Positions 1 to 11,890 of a stretch of DNA of 64,000 bases are shown here, piece after piece. The notes beneath the pieces were generated by a model, which was not told where the DNA came from, searched no databases, and worked only from the letters and a program-made list of their open reading frames with translations. The stretch is from Hydrurus foetidus. Lineage: Eukaryota. Where the stretch lies: the NCBI GenBank assembly GCA_900617105.1, contig UYFQ01000268.1:1-64000 (forward strand). Reading direction: 5' to 3'. The first letter of the stretch is position 1. The number at the start of each line of letters is the position of its first letter. Both the position numbers and the translations under genes were made by a program.

Positions 1-2714
1 TCCCTTTCTGTTATGGTGATTTCGTATGGCGTATATGGTACTTTTGTTCGTTTACGATTCTGCACTGTAATTTTATTTTGCGGCTTTTGAGTATTATTTT
101 GCGGCTCTGTAGTTTGATTTTTCTTCTTTGTGTTTGAATGTTTACCAGTTCTAGAGTTTGTATTTGTTTTTGTTGTTAATGTATTTGGTAGTGGTGTTGT
201 TTGTGTCATTTGTGTTACAATATTAGGTCTTGGATGTTGAACTGATGTTAGATCTTCAGGCGTAGATGTGTTGTCCGCCATGATATTTATTTGTGGATTT
301 ATAATTGGTATAATTTCAATAGATGTGATATTCTGTGGAGAAGATACGGTGTCATTCATAACATTAATTATTGTTTGTTGTATTGGTATAATTTCATGCG
401 TTTCTTGTGGATTATTATTATCCGGTACATTATCCTGCAATCGTTGTTGTAGCGTATTAATATTCATATTTTGTAAAATGCCAATAGATGTTGTATCCTC
501 AAGAGAAGTGTCGGTGTCCTCCATCACATTTATAACAGTATGTTCAATTGGAATAAATATTTCTGTAATTTCTTGAATATTACCGCCCGATACATTATTA
601 GATGAATTATGCCCTAGCGTATTTATATTCTGCGATTCTTGTGATGTAGGATGTGTTAGAGTAGAACTATTCTTCATTACTATCTGTTTCTGAGCATCTT
701 GCTGTTATATTTTGTATGTTATTATTTAATGTAGTATTTGAATTATTGTTCTGTGCATTGCTTGTATCGCCACTTTCAGATGTTTCCACTATATCTTGAA
801 AGTAGCGATCAATTAAATCTTTAAGTTTGTTCTGCATGTGTGATGCTAAGTGCTCGTATTTTTGTGTAAATATACTAATCCATGGATTATTATTTGTAGC
901 CTAATAATTTATAGATTACAAATCCAAATTTTAGTTCAACAGTATTGCATAATTTGGTTATGTTATTTACTTACCGATGAGTCATTATTTGTTTGACTTA
1001 TTTGTTCTTGTTGCACATTCTCACGTATATCCACTGAACCTTGACATTTCTGTGTTTAATGCATTATTGTAATACATTTCATATTTAGACACACAGTGCG
1101 TATATTATTTTGATGCTGTGTGGTATTCTCCTATTATGCAATTTGATGTCCATAATAAATGAGTATGTTTAAGATAGCATTCAATTTTTTTACCTCAATT
1201 TCCGCGACGTGAGGTTCGTCGTTATTTTGACTTAAGTCTACTTCTTCCTCTACTTCATCTTGACTTAAGTCCTCTTCCTCCTCTTCTTCCTCTTGCGAAA
1301 AGTCCACTATTTCTTGTTCTTCCGATGTTATGTTATTATTCTGCTGTTTATATATGCGACATTGGTTAAGTATATCGAAACTTGTTGATGCATAGGAATA
1401 ATTTTATCTTACATGTTTTCCATTTTTTGTTGATTTTTTCGTATTTGGCTGCGGGGTAGACTTTTTTTTTTGGATCTGTATGAAATTTGAAACGATCTAA
1501 TGTTAATTGTTTATACATCTACATAATTTGCGTTTTAATATTACCTGCGCAGTTTTAATTTGCTTTTTATTGCTTCGGACGTCTTCGTCTTCCACATCCT
1601 AGTAATTATGCAACAATTATTGGTGTTTTGGGATATGTATCTTGTAACAATCACTTACGTGTAGTTTTTGAAGCCGCGCTTTTTTTCTTGCAGCTGAGAT
1701 TCTTTTGTTGTATGTTGTTGCCTTTTGCCAATCATCCGGAATATCTTTGTCGGCAAGGCGCCACAAGAACTCTTTGTAATTTTTATTGACTTTCAGACAA
1801 TAATGAGCGAACCGTCTTTTTAATTTGTTCATATTGGAATTCTTTAAAAAGTTTTCAACCAATTCCTGCATTGCAGTTGATTCGATGGTATATAAGATGT
1901 AATAGTTTACTCAGCGTTACAGTATGTACATATTCATCATAAGTTTCTTCAACTGTACCAGATAGTCAGCATTGCGTTGCAGTTGATTCGATGGTATCTA
2001 AGATATACTAGTTTACTCAGAGTTACAGTATGTACATTTTCTATCATAAGTTTCTACAATTGTACCAGATAGTCAGCACTGAGCTTCAGCACCCGCACAA
2101 CTTCATTGCCAATTTTAAGCTGCGATACTCTGGCATCTGGGACGCTATCGTCAGCTCGAATTGAGCGCCTACATTTCAACGGACGTGTAAATTAGCAAAT
2201 AGCTAAAGTTTCTTTGTAAATCTTTGTAAAGCGGAAGGAGGACTTACAGCAGTTGCTTGATGTCAGTTCGATCATTTCCCTGGAATCGGGATACTGCGAC
2301 TTTATTAAGGAGTGTGCTTTGTCCTATAGCCGTCTAAAATGTTGGTGTTGCCTTAACGAAGCTCTGAAAAAAGTAGGCATTTGACTGAAGCTCTTTAATT
2401 AATAGATCTTTCTGCGCTTCGGATTTGAATCCCACTTAGAACACGGCGATGTACATTCTACTGCATCCATCCGACTCAACGCACTTCATAAGCTTTTCAA
2501 AAGTTTGAGGTCCTCCGACAAGAGTAATAAACTCCTTCGGTGGTGTATACTGTGAAGGATTGTGCAGGTAAACCATTTCTTCCGTGTCATCAGGCATGTT
2601 GATGCCAGCCAACTCTTGTGAGTTATATAAACCATCTGCTTCGTTTTCGCCACCAGACTCATCGGAATAGTCGACTGAGGCTTCGAGCAGCCGTTTTGTT
2701 CGGGTCTCTACCAT
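1..2714 (-). CDS. 5' part of multi-exon Ulp1/SENP-like protease gene (cargo gene D, copy A; catalytic domain expected outside the window)
   Basis: Starts MVETRTKRLLE like 50401. Shares blocks PPKEFITLVGG and YKEFLWRLADKDIPDDWQKATTYNKRISAARKKARL with copy B. Some frame disruptions; exon boundaries not fully resolved. Confidence 0.75.
1871..2078. repeat. Tandem duplication, ~106-bp period, 2 copies
   Basis: ttgcagttgattcgatggtat...gtaccagatagtcagca occurs at 1871 and 1977 with a few substitutions. It duplicates an exon end and intron of gene D. Confidence 0.9.
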
Positions 2715-3114
2715 TTGAGTGTGGTCATCTTGTTCTGTCACGCCTTGAGTGTGGAAGTTGATTGTACTGATATGTTGAGCTGAGTATATGGCACGATACG
2801 ATCGGACATTCAATCTCAGATCACATACGTACATATACCAAATATAAAATACGGTTCCTAGCTAAGGTAACCTAAGTCGGATAATTATGTATATTATCTG
2901 GTCCCGCAAACGGAAATTTTAATTTCTCAGGGCACGATCTATTAGAATCAGAATTTTGAATAGTATATGCTCTTTTTCAGAAAAGTTGCTGTTATATTTG
3001 ACATAAGTGTTTGAACATATAACAATTTGTAATTAATTACTATAGCATTACCTGTGTCTATCCTATCAAAATAAATTCTACAGATCAGTACGATACAATA
3101 TTACAAGAGGTGTA

Positions 3115-4520
3115 TTAATCATCTTCCTAAAGCATTTCTGCTTGTCCTAGAAATATCAAAATGCTTTTTTGGATATCGTCCGGCCATTCTTTAAGTAGCA
3201 TCTGCACTTTACTGCTATTTATGTAAATTTGGATGATATGTCTGTCTACCTGTGAGATATAATATGGTCATTAAATATAAAGCTAATTTTGCAGCATTAA
3301 TATAGGTAATAATTATTTCACCTTATTTATATGAAGCAGACCAGCAGCTACATCTGTGATCTGACTGTCTGTTGACGCACTGGATAGAATTTGAAGGTTG
3401 TCGTCCAAAAGTTCCTAACATTCATTATTAAAATATTGAGATATGTACCTTGGCTGGTTTAGTGCAATCATGATAACTTACGTGACAATCTATTGTCCCT
3501 TCGAACTGCGTTTCAGTAATTAGCATATTATTATATTGTGATGTATTTTCTGGTGTTCGTGGTGTCTGGAGATAAATTGGCTGACTAACTGATCGTTTGC
3601 GCTTGCTTTGACGTTGTTTTATTTTTTTTGCTTTGTCACAACTTGGAAATAGCTCCGTAAAGTAATCTGCGCTTGAACCAATTATACATTTTTTTGCACA
3701 AGTGGCGTTTGTCACCTCCTTCTGCTTGAAAGTACAATTTTATGTCATCCTGGAAACAAAAGTTATATTTAATACAGCAATTATTACTATATATATTGTA
3801 TATTACGTACCATGTCATCTATATGAACGTTGTTAATCCACCCTTGTGCTATCCTTAATAGACACTTGTTCTTTGCTGTCTTGGGTTATCCTGTTAAAAC
3901 TGTTAGACGTTACTGTAAATTTGTAGCTGTTATTATCGTTTAACAGTTTCCTACTTACAATATTGACTCAACGTCCACCACATATGTCCCCATGAGTTTT
4001 TCGACCATATATTCTCTGTAGTACCATGGAGACTTTTTAAAGTAGTGTGAAGTCTTCAGAAAGTTCCAGAACATAAGACCATTATTTATGCAGTAATTAA
4101 TATCACATGTATCTTTGTTGACCGCTCTTCTGATATCCGCAGCTTCATAATCGCACTCTGCTCTGTATGCGTTATAGTTATTTGTCCAAGAAATTATTCT
4201 GTCGTAATTAAGTTGACCTCCGACCTTACGAATTGTTGTGGATGTCGACAGCAGTCGATCAACTCTTCCTACATATATCTCGTATTCCCTCGTGTACTCA
4301 GCGTTCACCAAGTCAAAAATGTTTTCATCAAGCCCTCCATCCAGGTCACAGTTTTGAAGCATGCTGAATTATTCGACACAGATATTCCACTGCTGATTGC
4401 GCAATGCTGCATGATTAAATTTCAGTTACAGATTAAGGACAAGTCTGATCTGCTCTGTCAGACGAGTGGCAGTTACACATCGATTTGTTCAGTCATTATT
4501 CGTGTATGGTGCATGGACAA
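3115..4520 (-). CDS. Multi-exon hypothetical protein (cargo gene C, copy A; probably pseudogenised; start uncertain)
   Basis: Exon 3955-4362 (FWNFLKTSHYFKKSPWYYREYMVEKLMG) matches 48824-49231. GDKRHLCKKMYNW matches GDKRPLCKKLYNW. The last exon has TAG where copy B has TGG. Confidence 0.75.
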
Positions 4521-4853
4521 ATTCCACATGCGTCTGAATGGAAATTGATGTCGACGTGATTTGAAGGTGTAGCATTCATCCAATTTAGATGAACAGTGTC
4601 CGCCCACATGACATTTTAAGTGACGTAGCATTGATTAGTAGAGTAGTGCAGACTTATTTGGTGTCGGTTACGTTTTCGAATTCACAAGTATCGGCACACA
4701 CAAATAATGACGGAGGGTTTCGGCATGGTGGTGACGATCATGACCAAATGTCAATTAAAATGTATCATCCCATGACGAAAAGTGTGGATGGAACAATGCA
4801 CATCAAGAACAACTTGTTACAATCAAATCTACGTAACTATCAAAAATTTTGCA

Positions 4854-5570
4854 ATGGGAAAATCTCCTCAATCCAAGGCAACCAAGAAGGTTGAGAAATC
4901 ATCGAGCTCCACGGCAGCGGCTGCCTCAGATCAACCGAGCCTTAGGGCAGCAGCAAACGAGGATATCTGTAACGAAGACCATGTTTGGGCTCACGACGAT
5001 GAAGACTTAATCAAAGAAGAAAAAAGCACCGTACAGGCAGAGGATGCCGACGTTGTAATTGTCAACCGATCTTCTAACGATAGGGTATTTGATGACAAAG
5101 CCGCAAGATGCTTTATTGTAGTCTCCATGGGAAGAGTTGAGTACAAGAACGTAAAGCAACGCGGCCTTGAAGACAAACTCGAGCCTGTTATAAACATTAC
5201 CATTGTAGACACAACTGGAGTAGTCCGAACTATAATTTGTTGGGGTGAACAGGCTCATCTCTTGGAAACTTGGTTCAAGTAAGAACTATTACATATCTGT
5301 CAAGACACTTAAACTTCTTATCAGTGTCTATATTTCTGTAGCGCAAACGAATCGAGGACTGAGAAACCGACTGTGTTTCTGTTTCGTGATCCGTCGGAGT
5401 TTTTAAAGACAGGCCCACTTTACATACATTCGGATGCTTCAAAATTTCTCCAGGTATGAGTAAGCTATACAGATATTTCTCCAGGAGGCTTAAGTATTAT
5501 TAACCTTACGATTTAAATATTGTCAAATATCATTGTGATAATTTTCTGTAGTTTGTCCTAAAACCGGCCA
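4854..5570 (+). CDS. RPA70-like OB-fold ssDNA-binding protein (cargo gene B, copy A; diverges or is truncated after FVLKPA)
   Basis: VINITIVDTTGVVRTIICWGEQA resembles the RPA1 OB-fold signature (D.TG....lWG..A). Exons 4854-5278, 5342-5453 and 5552 onward have GT-AG introns. Homologue at 47337-48280. Confidence 0.65.
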
Positions 5571-5634
5571 GACACCAGAAACCACAACAAGCCATAGCAA
5601 ACTCTTTAATAATGCTTTATCTAACATCAGTAAA

Positions 5635-6040
5635 TGCACACATACAAATCAACTACTTGAATACAATTATTTTTATTAAGCAAATTGAACATTGACTGCT
5701 GAAGTTAATGCGCGTCAGCTTCTGCAGCCGACAGCTTTGGTATTAAAGAAAGAAAAAGAAATTTGATGTAACTTCAGATTAATTCGTCGCGGATCCACAA
5801 ATCCCAATAGTTGACACAGACCATACAGCATATCCATCAAAGGCATACTCCTTATTTTACACAAGTTTATGCATACATGCAAGTTTCCATCATGAACATA
5901 ATTATTTATGTTTTAAGCAAATGGAACATTTATTGTTGAAGTTACTGCCTGCAAGCTTCTGCAGCCGACAGATTTGTTTTTTAAGTAGATTATTTGATGC
6001 AAATTCAGATTAACTCGTTGCGGAGCCACAAATCCCAACA
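5635..6040. repeat. Diverged tandem duplication, ~237-bp period, 2 copies
   Basis: taagcaaat.gaacatt...agcttctgcagccgacag...ttcagattaa.tcgt.gcgga.ccacaaatcccaa is present twice. Confidence 0.85.
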
Positions 6041-6172
6041 CGTGTAGATTGAACATAACCCTGTAAACATCACAGCTACAGTGAGCTCTCACGACTCATG
6101 CAAGCATACAACGAACGAGTCCTCGTAGCAAAAGTCAAAACCTCACGCCACGTCGACAGCTTTAGTTCTGGC

Positions 6173-7731
6173 ATGCCTCGAATCAAGAAGCATACGCACA
6201 AGAAGTTGCTGACTGAAGGAATTTCGTCCACAACATTGGGTAACGACATCGCTAGGGAGCCGTGCCAACTCGGTAAAACACCTGCTGCCCTATAGCTGTA
6301 AATCTTGGTTGTCCTAACTGTTGGCATTGGTAAAATGATCACAGATGCCCCCAAGGCGATGAGGGCTGCATCCAATGCAATATCGTCAAGCCAACGAAGG
6401 CTGTCGAATTTGATGGAAACGCCGACGTCTATAATTATGGCTTCGTACGCAACTGAAGCTGACATGACCAAGAAATCTGTCTGGCCTGAGCTTTTGAGCG
6501 ATCGTCATAGAGGTACTTAGATAACATTGAATCTAAGGCTCTAACTCAATGTTGACGGGACATCCTACTTCAATCAACAATAGTAGAACCGGCTGTGTTA
6601 GCGACACCGTTAATCGCTCCAAGACCGCAGAAGCTGACACAATCAATGCTGGCGCCATCGCTTATAGCTAGAAGCACTCAGAAGCAGGCGAAGTTACTAA
6701 AATCGCCACCGGTAAAAGCTTCAAACACTCACAAGCTGGCAAAGTTAATAGGAGCGCCGCCGTCGAAAGCTGCAGACCTCCGTAAGCAGGCAAAGTTGCT
6801 GAAGGCGCCACCTATAACGGTTAAGGCTCTAAAAGATTCGGCCCGTAAAATGTCAAAGAAGCCAAGCCATGAAAATCAAACCAACACATGTCATGAAGGT
6901 ACATAGATTAGGATCGATCTTATGCTTTGCCACAACTGTAGATAACCTAACATGGCACATGAATCTAGCCGTCTAAAATGCTGACCAATCCAGCTACATT
7001 AATCATTACATTTGCAGCAGATACGGCCACTCAAACTCAAGAGCTTGTCGAACAGAGCACTACATCATGGAAGCCATCGGAAAATTTGTGCATGCTTAGC
7101 GCCATGTTTGGGCTCATGAATAAGGAGCAACAAAAATTAGCAACGGTAAGCTCTGTAACTGTATTCATTTCTGCAATTTAAAGTTTATAACAATATGCTA
7201 CTCTAACACCAGATGAATGGAACGATGGATGTAAGGGAAGTTTTTAAAGCTGCAGTCAACGAACAGGGCAAAAATTTCGTACGTGGAACTACTTCGACAG
7301 ACGCGCATTTATTCTTAAGACATGTTTCAGACATGCATTATAGATCCACAGGATTAATAGTTAGGTACAGTTTCAAACAATTAGGTTTCAACGGCACCTG
7401 GGACATGACACGTCTCGAGACAAATCTGAGCAGAAAAGGAAAATATGTATTTTTTGGAGCATCGCGGAGAAATAATGATACGCACAAACGCCTTCTTACA
7501 TCTATATCTACGAAATCATTAGACACAGACAAGATTGATACATGGATTAAGGGTAAACCAATGCTTAATGATCATGCCATAGGCGTAGATTTAGATGAAC
7601 ATTTGCAGGGCACAATATATGACAACGGATGCACCGGAAGTGAAATTTTTTTCTCAATTCAAAATTTAGCCACACGAATGCGCTGGATGAACCAATGTTA
7701 TCTGATGGATCTTTATGTCATAAACAAATAA
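6173..7731 (+). CDS. Cargo gene A, copy A: Lys/Pro-rich N-terminus plus predicted papain/C39-like cysteine protease domain
   Basis: The MPRIKK start is shared with copy B (MPRFKK). Intron 7146-7212. ENLCMLSAM, GTTSTD, DHAIGV and IYDNG are conserved in both copies. The N-terminal part has stops and its exon structure is uncertain. Confidence 0.6.
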
Positions 7732-7752
7732 TTTAAATATAGATTTTTCTCA

Positions 7753-7827
7753 GGGGGTAACCTCATTTTTTTCTATATCAACTTCTGTTGGGTCCGTAGG
7801 AATTTATCAATGGTTTCCGGGTGCCCC
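7753..7827 (+). other. Conserved 75-nt structured non-coding element downstream of gene A (copy A)
   Basis: GC-rich island that aligns with the reverse complement of 45112-45186, while its flanks are diverged AT-rich DNA. Its ends are complementary (GGGGYA...TGCCCC). Confidence 0.7.
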
Positions 7828-7951
7828 GTTACTGAATGGAAGTAAAAAAAATACAAATATATTTTTTAACTGAAACTTTGGATTCTTTTTAAGATTTTGA
7901 ATGTAACTTCATAAAAATTCTCAGCAAAACTCTTTTGAATACAAAATCCAA

Positions 7952-10900
7952 TTACAATCGAAATAAACGACTCAGGCGAAAATATTCTTTGTCGATTATC
8001 TCCCGCTCTTTTGCATGACTTGTAAAATGCTGCTCTTTTAATGGTCTAATTAGAAATAGTTTTGATAATTCTGTTGCCCTGGAATTAGCGACATAGTCCA
8101 ATCCGCGAGCCCATGGAGACTTCAGGGAAGGAATCGTGACACAATTACCTTTTACTGTTGACCCTTGCATTTTATGAGTTGTTGTAGCGAATGCAGCAAC
8201 AAGTGGAATTTGCCATCTAAAATAATTCTTCCCATATCTTTCGGTCACATCACATTGTTCCGTAAATGGAATCACATTGGGTATAGATGGTATAACTGAA
8301 TAACCTATATCATTGTCCATCTGGACAAATACCACAGGTAACTCCTTTTGTATATACGAACTTTGTTGATCATTTGCGATTATATCTGGATCATACGAAA
8401 ATGCAAAAGCAACCACCTTGCCTTTTGCACCATTAAAGATTCCTAAATAATTCATATACATGTTATATATTGTGAGCGAATGTTGTATACATAATGTATG
8501 TTGTAAAATAGCTCTCGTAAAATTTTTATAACAAATTGAAAAACAAGATAAATGTTCACCTATTTGTGTTCCCAGGTTCATAGTGCAGCTCACTTTCGTG
8601 CCAATGGCCAGATCTAAATATGGAGATGGACTGCCATACCTTGTTATTAATAACATTGCATCAACGGCTTCTTTATCCGGCAATTTATATTCTTTTGAAA
8701 CAGGTAAATGCCGTGCAATAAGTTTATAACTTTAAACACCATTTGACACTTTTTCTTCAAAATCTGTTTTATTAAGTCTTCTAACTATCTTATTCTCGTG
8801 AGCTATCCATACAGCATCCGGACCAGCTTCTCTCCTTGCTGCTCTTTCGTTTACACATACTCGAGAATTTATCGCATGTAGTAACTCCTGGTTAACAATT
8901 CCTTTTCTTGCGCCAGATAAAAACACATTCATGATCGGAGTCGTATCATGCATATACCTTGTATTTTCAGTTAGAACTACATATTCATTCAAATCTTGCC
9001 ATATTTGGCGCCCCTTAATTGAGCTCTCATGTTTAATATTACTTGTATAGATAGCTTCTGGATCAATTGGCCTTAATTGATAAAAATCTCCAGTAAACAA
9101 CATATGTACACCCCCAAAATGTTTTGATTTGAAACTATTTCGTAGAACTGGATCACTTGTTTGAGTACCCATAGCTGCTATCTGTCGCTCACTTATTTCA
9201 TTTAATGTTTGCAAATTGATCATTGAAATTTCATCAAGGACAATAAGTTTAACACCCGATATTTTACTACCAACAGCTTGTGCACATTCTTTCGACATAT
9301 TACAGACTTTTGACTTCTTTTTTATTCTACCTTTTCCGTAGACTGACTGCCACGTATACCCGCTTATAACACTAGCTGCCGCACCCGTCGGTGCTATGGC
9401 CAATGCTGAACCGTATAAACCCTTCTGTTTCCCATGACATATTTGTGTATATTCCATTATCAAGCTAATAAGGAATGATTTACCAGTACCACCTTCGCCA
9501 GTTACAAACATTAACATCTGACTATTCTTCTCGCCACTTATGTACTCGACTGCAATATTATATGCTTTCAGTTGCTGTTGTGTTAGTCTACTTACATTCA
9601 ATTGTAACGTATTTAATCTTTCGTCATAATTGTCTACTCTACAATATAAATTACAACCATATGTTATATCATCACTAATAGATGTAGACTGTATTGAGTT
9701 TATTTGTCTCAAGTTTTCTATATGTTTATTTTGAATAGTCTGGATAAAATTTTGACAATATCGCATATTTGCAGCCGTAAGATTAATCAGACATTCAGTG
9801 CTCAGATTATTAAAATTTACTGGTATACTTATACTGTCGCCAAGTTGAGCCATATGACTTTCATCTATGACATAGCTGTTTTCATCACTGCTGTTATTGT
9901 ATAAATATTCATCAGTAGGTTCTCTTCTGTCATTTATATTTGTTCCCACATTTTCTCTAATAAGATTTGAGTTGTGCAATAACTCTAAACTGTAATTCAC
10001 ATAAGAAGGAATATCACTATTTCTCTTCAAGTCGTACAGACATTCGACAGCACAGTCAAAACCACGTAATAATTCTTCTTCACCATCACTAGGCCATGGA
10101 ATATGAACAAGTAGAGTTGAGTAACATGAACGTTCATCGCTATCATTAACAGGTATATATGGACAAAGATTAATTACACAATCCTTTCTTAATCGTGTGT
10201 AAACTGTACTATTAATCATAAATTTGTGATTTTTCGATGTAGATATAATAATACCACGATCATCAATACGTAATAATGCCGGAGCGGGGTATACTTTTTT
10301 ATTTTCAATACTAACGGTGTATGATGTGTACAATGAAAATAATGACACATGACATTTACCGTCATATGTTTCTCTTTGCTGAATAACAAGACTCTTATAT
10401 GCCAACCGCTTACCCAGTGCAGAATTAGGACCAGATTCAATAGCTGAAGCTGAACTTTCAAGCTGACCAATAACTTCAGCCCTAGTTTTGAGACCTCGAT
10501 TCAGTTCGTCACCTAATAAATATTTAATAAGGCGGATTTATATAAAAAACGATAAAATTAAACAGCGATTATAAAAAATACATATACAATCAATATATAA
10601 ACTTACGGTGTAGCGGATTAAGATTAATAACAGCCCGTGATGACTTAACTATCTTCAAACCCAATTATGAATAACAAGCCTGAACAGAACCAACCGGACT
10701 ACTTCCCAAAATAGCGCTACCAACGGCATACAAGCGCTGTCGGTCAGTAACAACGCGGCTATTATCAATAATATATTTGATTTTCTTAGCGTAAATATTA
10801 GCCATAACTTTTTTATCTGGCTCCTCAGCTTTTGATGCGTACGATGCAACATATTCTGCGGCACCTACACTTTTGCCAATGTACTGAATGTCATGATCGC

Positions 10901-11064
10901 CTCCATGTGCAACAGTTATTAGCGGACTATGTAAAGTACCATTCAAATAAGCATTATTTCTTTCAGGAATTACGGACACCCTTATTCTGCTTTTCTTATC
11001 ACGATCTCGTCTAATAATAGGCTCGAAAATACAGCCATCATTAACCCAGGGAAAACCGAATCGG
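7952..11064 (-). pseudogene. RepHel (Rep C-terminus plus PIF1-family SF1B helicase), 5'-truncated
   Basis: Motifs CRFGFPW (partial), EYVASYASKAE, TGEGGTGKS, LDEISM, FGGVHMLFTGDFYQL, THKMQGST and YVANSR. Introns 10606-10513 and 8559-8443 sit at the same positions as in copy B. In-frame TAA at 10665-10667 and 8732-8734. Confidence 0.92.
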
Positions 11065-11407
11065 TTAAGAATCTTGAGGGATCAACCAATGAGGTTTGAG
11101 TTCGAACGTGTTATCTTTTGAAGATTTTTTAGCCTAATTTTTTGCCCTTTTCTAAGGAAATTTTATGTTTTTTTAGTCAGTAAGAATCTGACATAATTAC
11201 GTTTTCTACCCTCGTACAACAGAATGAATCTGTTTTGTACAACCCCACCTTATCTTTCTACATCGAACCCCAAGTCTCGGCTAATTTTTCTTTTGTAATA
11301 CTTTTTATGTTCACTTTTATTTTTCATATTTTCGATTTTGCAAATATTTCGATATTTTCTTTTTCGATTAAATTATATATTAAGCTTTGCAAAGAAATGG
11401 GGGCTCC

Positions 11408-11449
11408 GATTTCGATTTCGATTTCGATTTCGATTTCGATTTCGATTTA
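11408..11449 (+). repeat. (GATTTC)n microsatellite, one per array unit (first shown), n about 2-16
   Basis: Read directly from the sequence. Longest near 31473-31567, shortest near 37024. It generates the spurious IS/RF/DF dipeptide ORFs. Confidence 0.95.
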
Positions 11450-11473
11450 GTTTAGATTTAGCTGAAATTTTCT

Positions 11474-11495
11474 TAGAAAGAAAGATTAGTGGGGG
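11474..11495 (+). other. Polypurine tract of LTR retrotransposon (one per unit, first shown)
   Basis: agaaagaaagattagtggggg, then a 3-nt spacer (taa), then the TG start of the LTR. Confidence 0.8.
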
Positions 11496-11706
11496 TAATG
11501 TGATAGTACCGGGTCCAGGGTCCCGATCCTACCGAGTACCGACTCTACCGGATCCTACCGGGTACTACTACTGTACACTATAGTTAGGCTGTTGTATCGT
11601 CGAGGCCATCTGCAGCGTCCACGTAGAAGTTAACTAGCTTCTAGCCTAGCCGACCAGTAACTAAGCCTACCTTTCTCGACTCTCCCTTTCTCCATTTCCG
11701 TGACTA

Positions 11707-11890
11707 TAATACAAAGAAACCGACATCGATGTCGTTCCATGTTAAATGGCTCAACTATGATAACTCACATAATACATGGGAGCCTTGGAAGAATCTCCGG
11801 CTCTGTGAAGCACTCCATGTATACTTGCGGAATAATAACATGTCACGTTTTATTCCCAAGAATCTTGAGGGATCAACCAATGAGGTTTGA
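11707..11890 (+). pseudogene. Chromodomain fragment (integrase C-terminus of a chromovirus), one per unit; internal ATG at 11729 gives a 53-aa ORF
   Basis: Translates as NTKKPTSMSFHVKWLNYDNSHNTWEPWKNLRLCEALHVYLRNNNMSRFIPKNLEGSTNEV*. This matches the F.VKW..Y....TWEP..NL chromodomain signature. The ORF is below the ORF-track cutoff. Confidence 0.9.

Larger units (their letters stand above)
1..11064 (-). mobile_element. Helitron2/Helentron-like element, copy A (5' part missing, replaced by tandem array; 3' end beyond left window edge)
   Basis: Carries the Rep C-terminus and PIF1 helicase plus the same cargo genes, in the same order and relative orientation, as the element at 38061-53815. Homology extends to base 1 (NRKRTKVPYTPYEITIT vs NRPRQTKTKFTPYNITIT). 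Confidence 0.9.

Noticed and set aside
268..576. Hydrophobic plus-strand ORF (and similarly 52068-52559 minus)
   Set aside because: Antisense shadows of the Asn/Thr-rich exon of cargo gene D.
8732..10667. TAA reassignment (alternative genetic code) explaining in-frame stops in copy A
   Set aside because: The two TAA codons align to Leu and Ile in copy B, and TAA terminates other genes here. Simple nonsense mutations are more likely.
11445..11465. TTTAG motifs as telomeric repeats
   Set aside because: Only 2-4 degenerate copies per unit and no TTAGGG or TTTAGGG run. They look like decayed GATTTC units.
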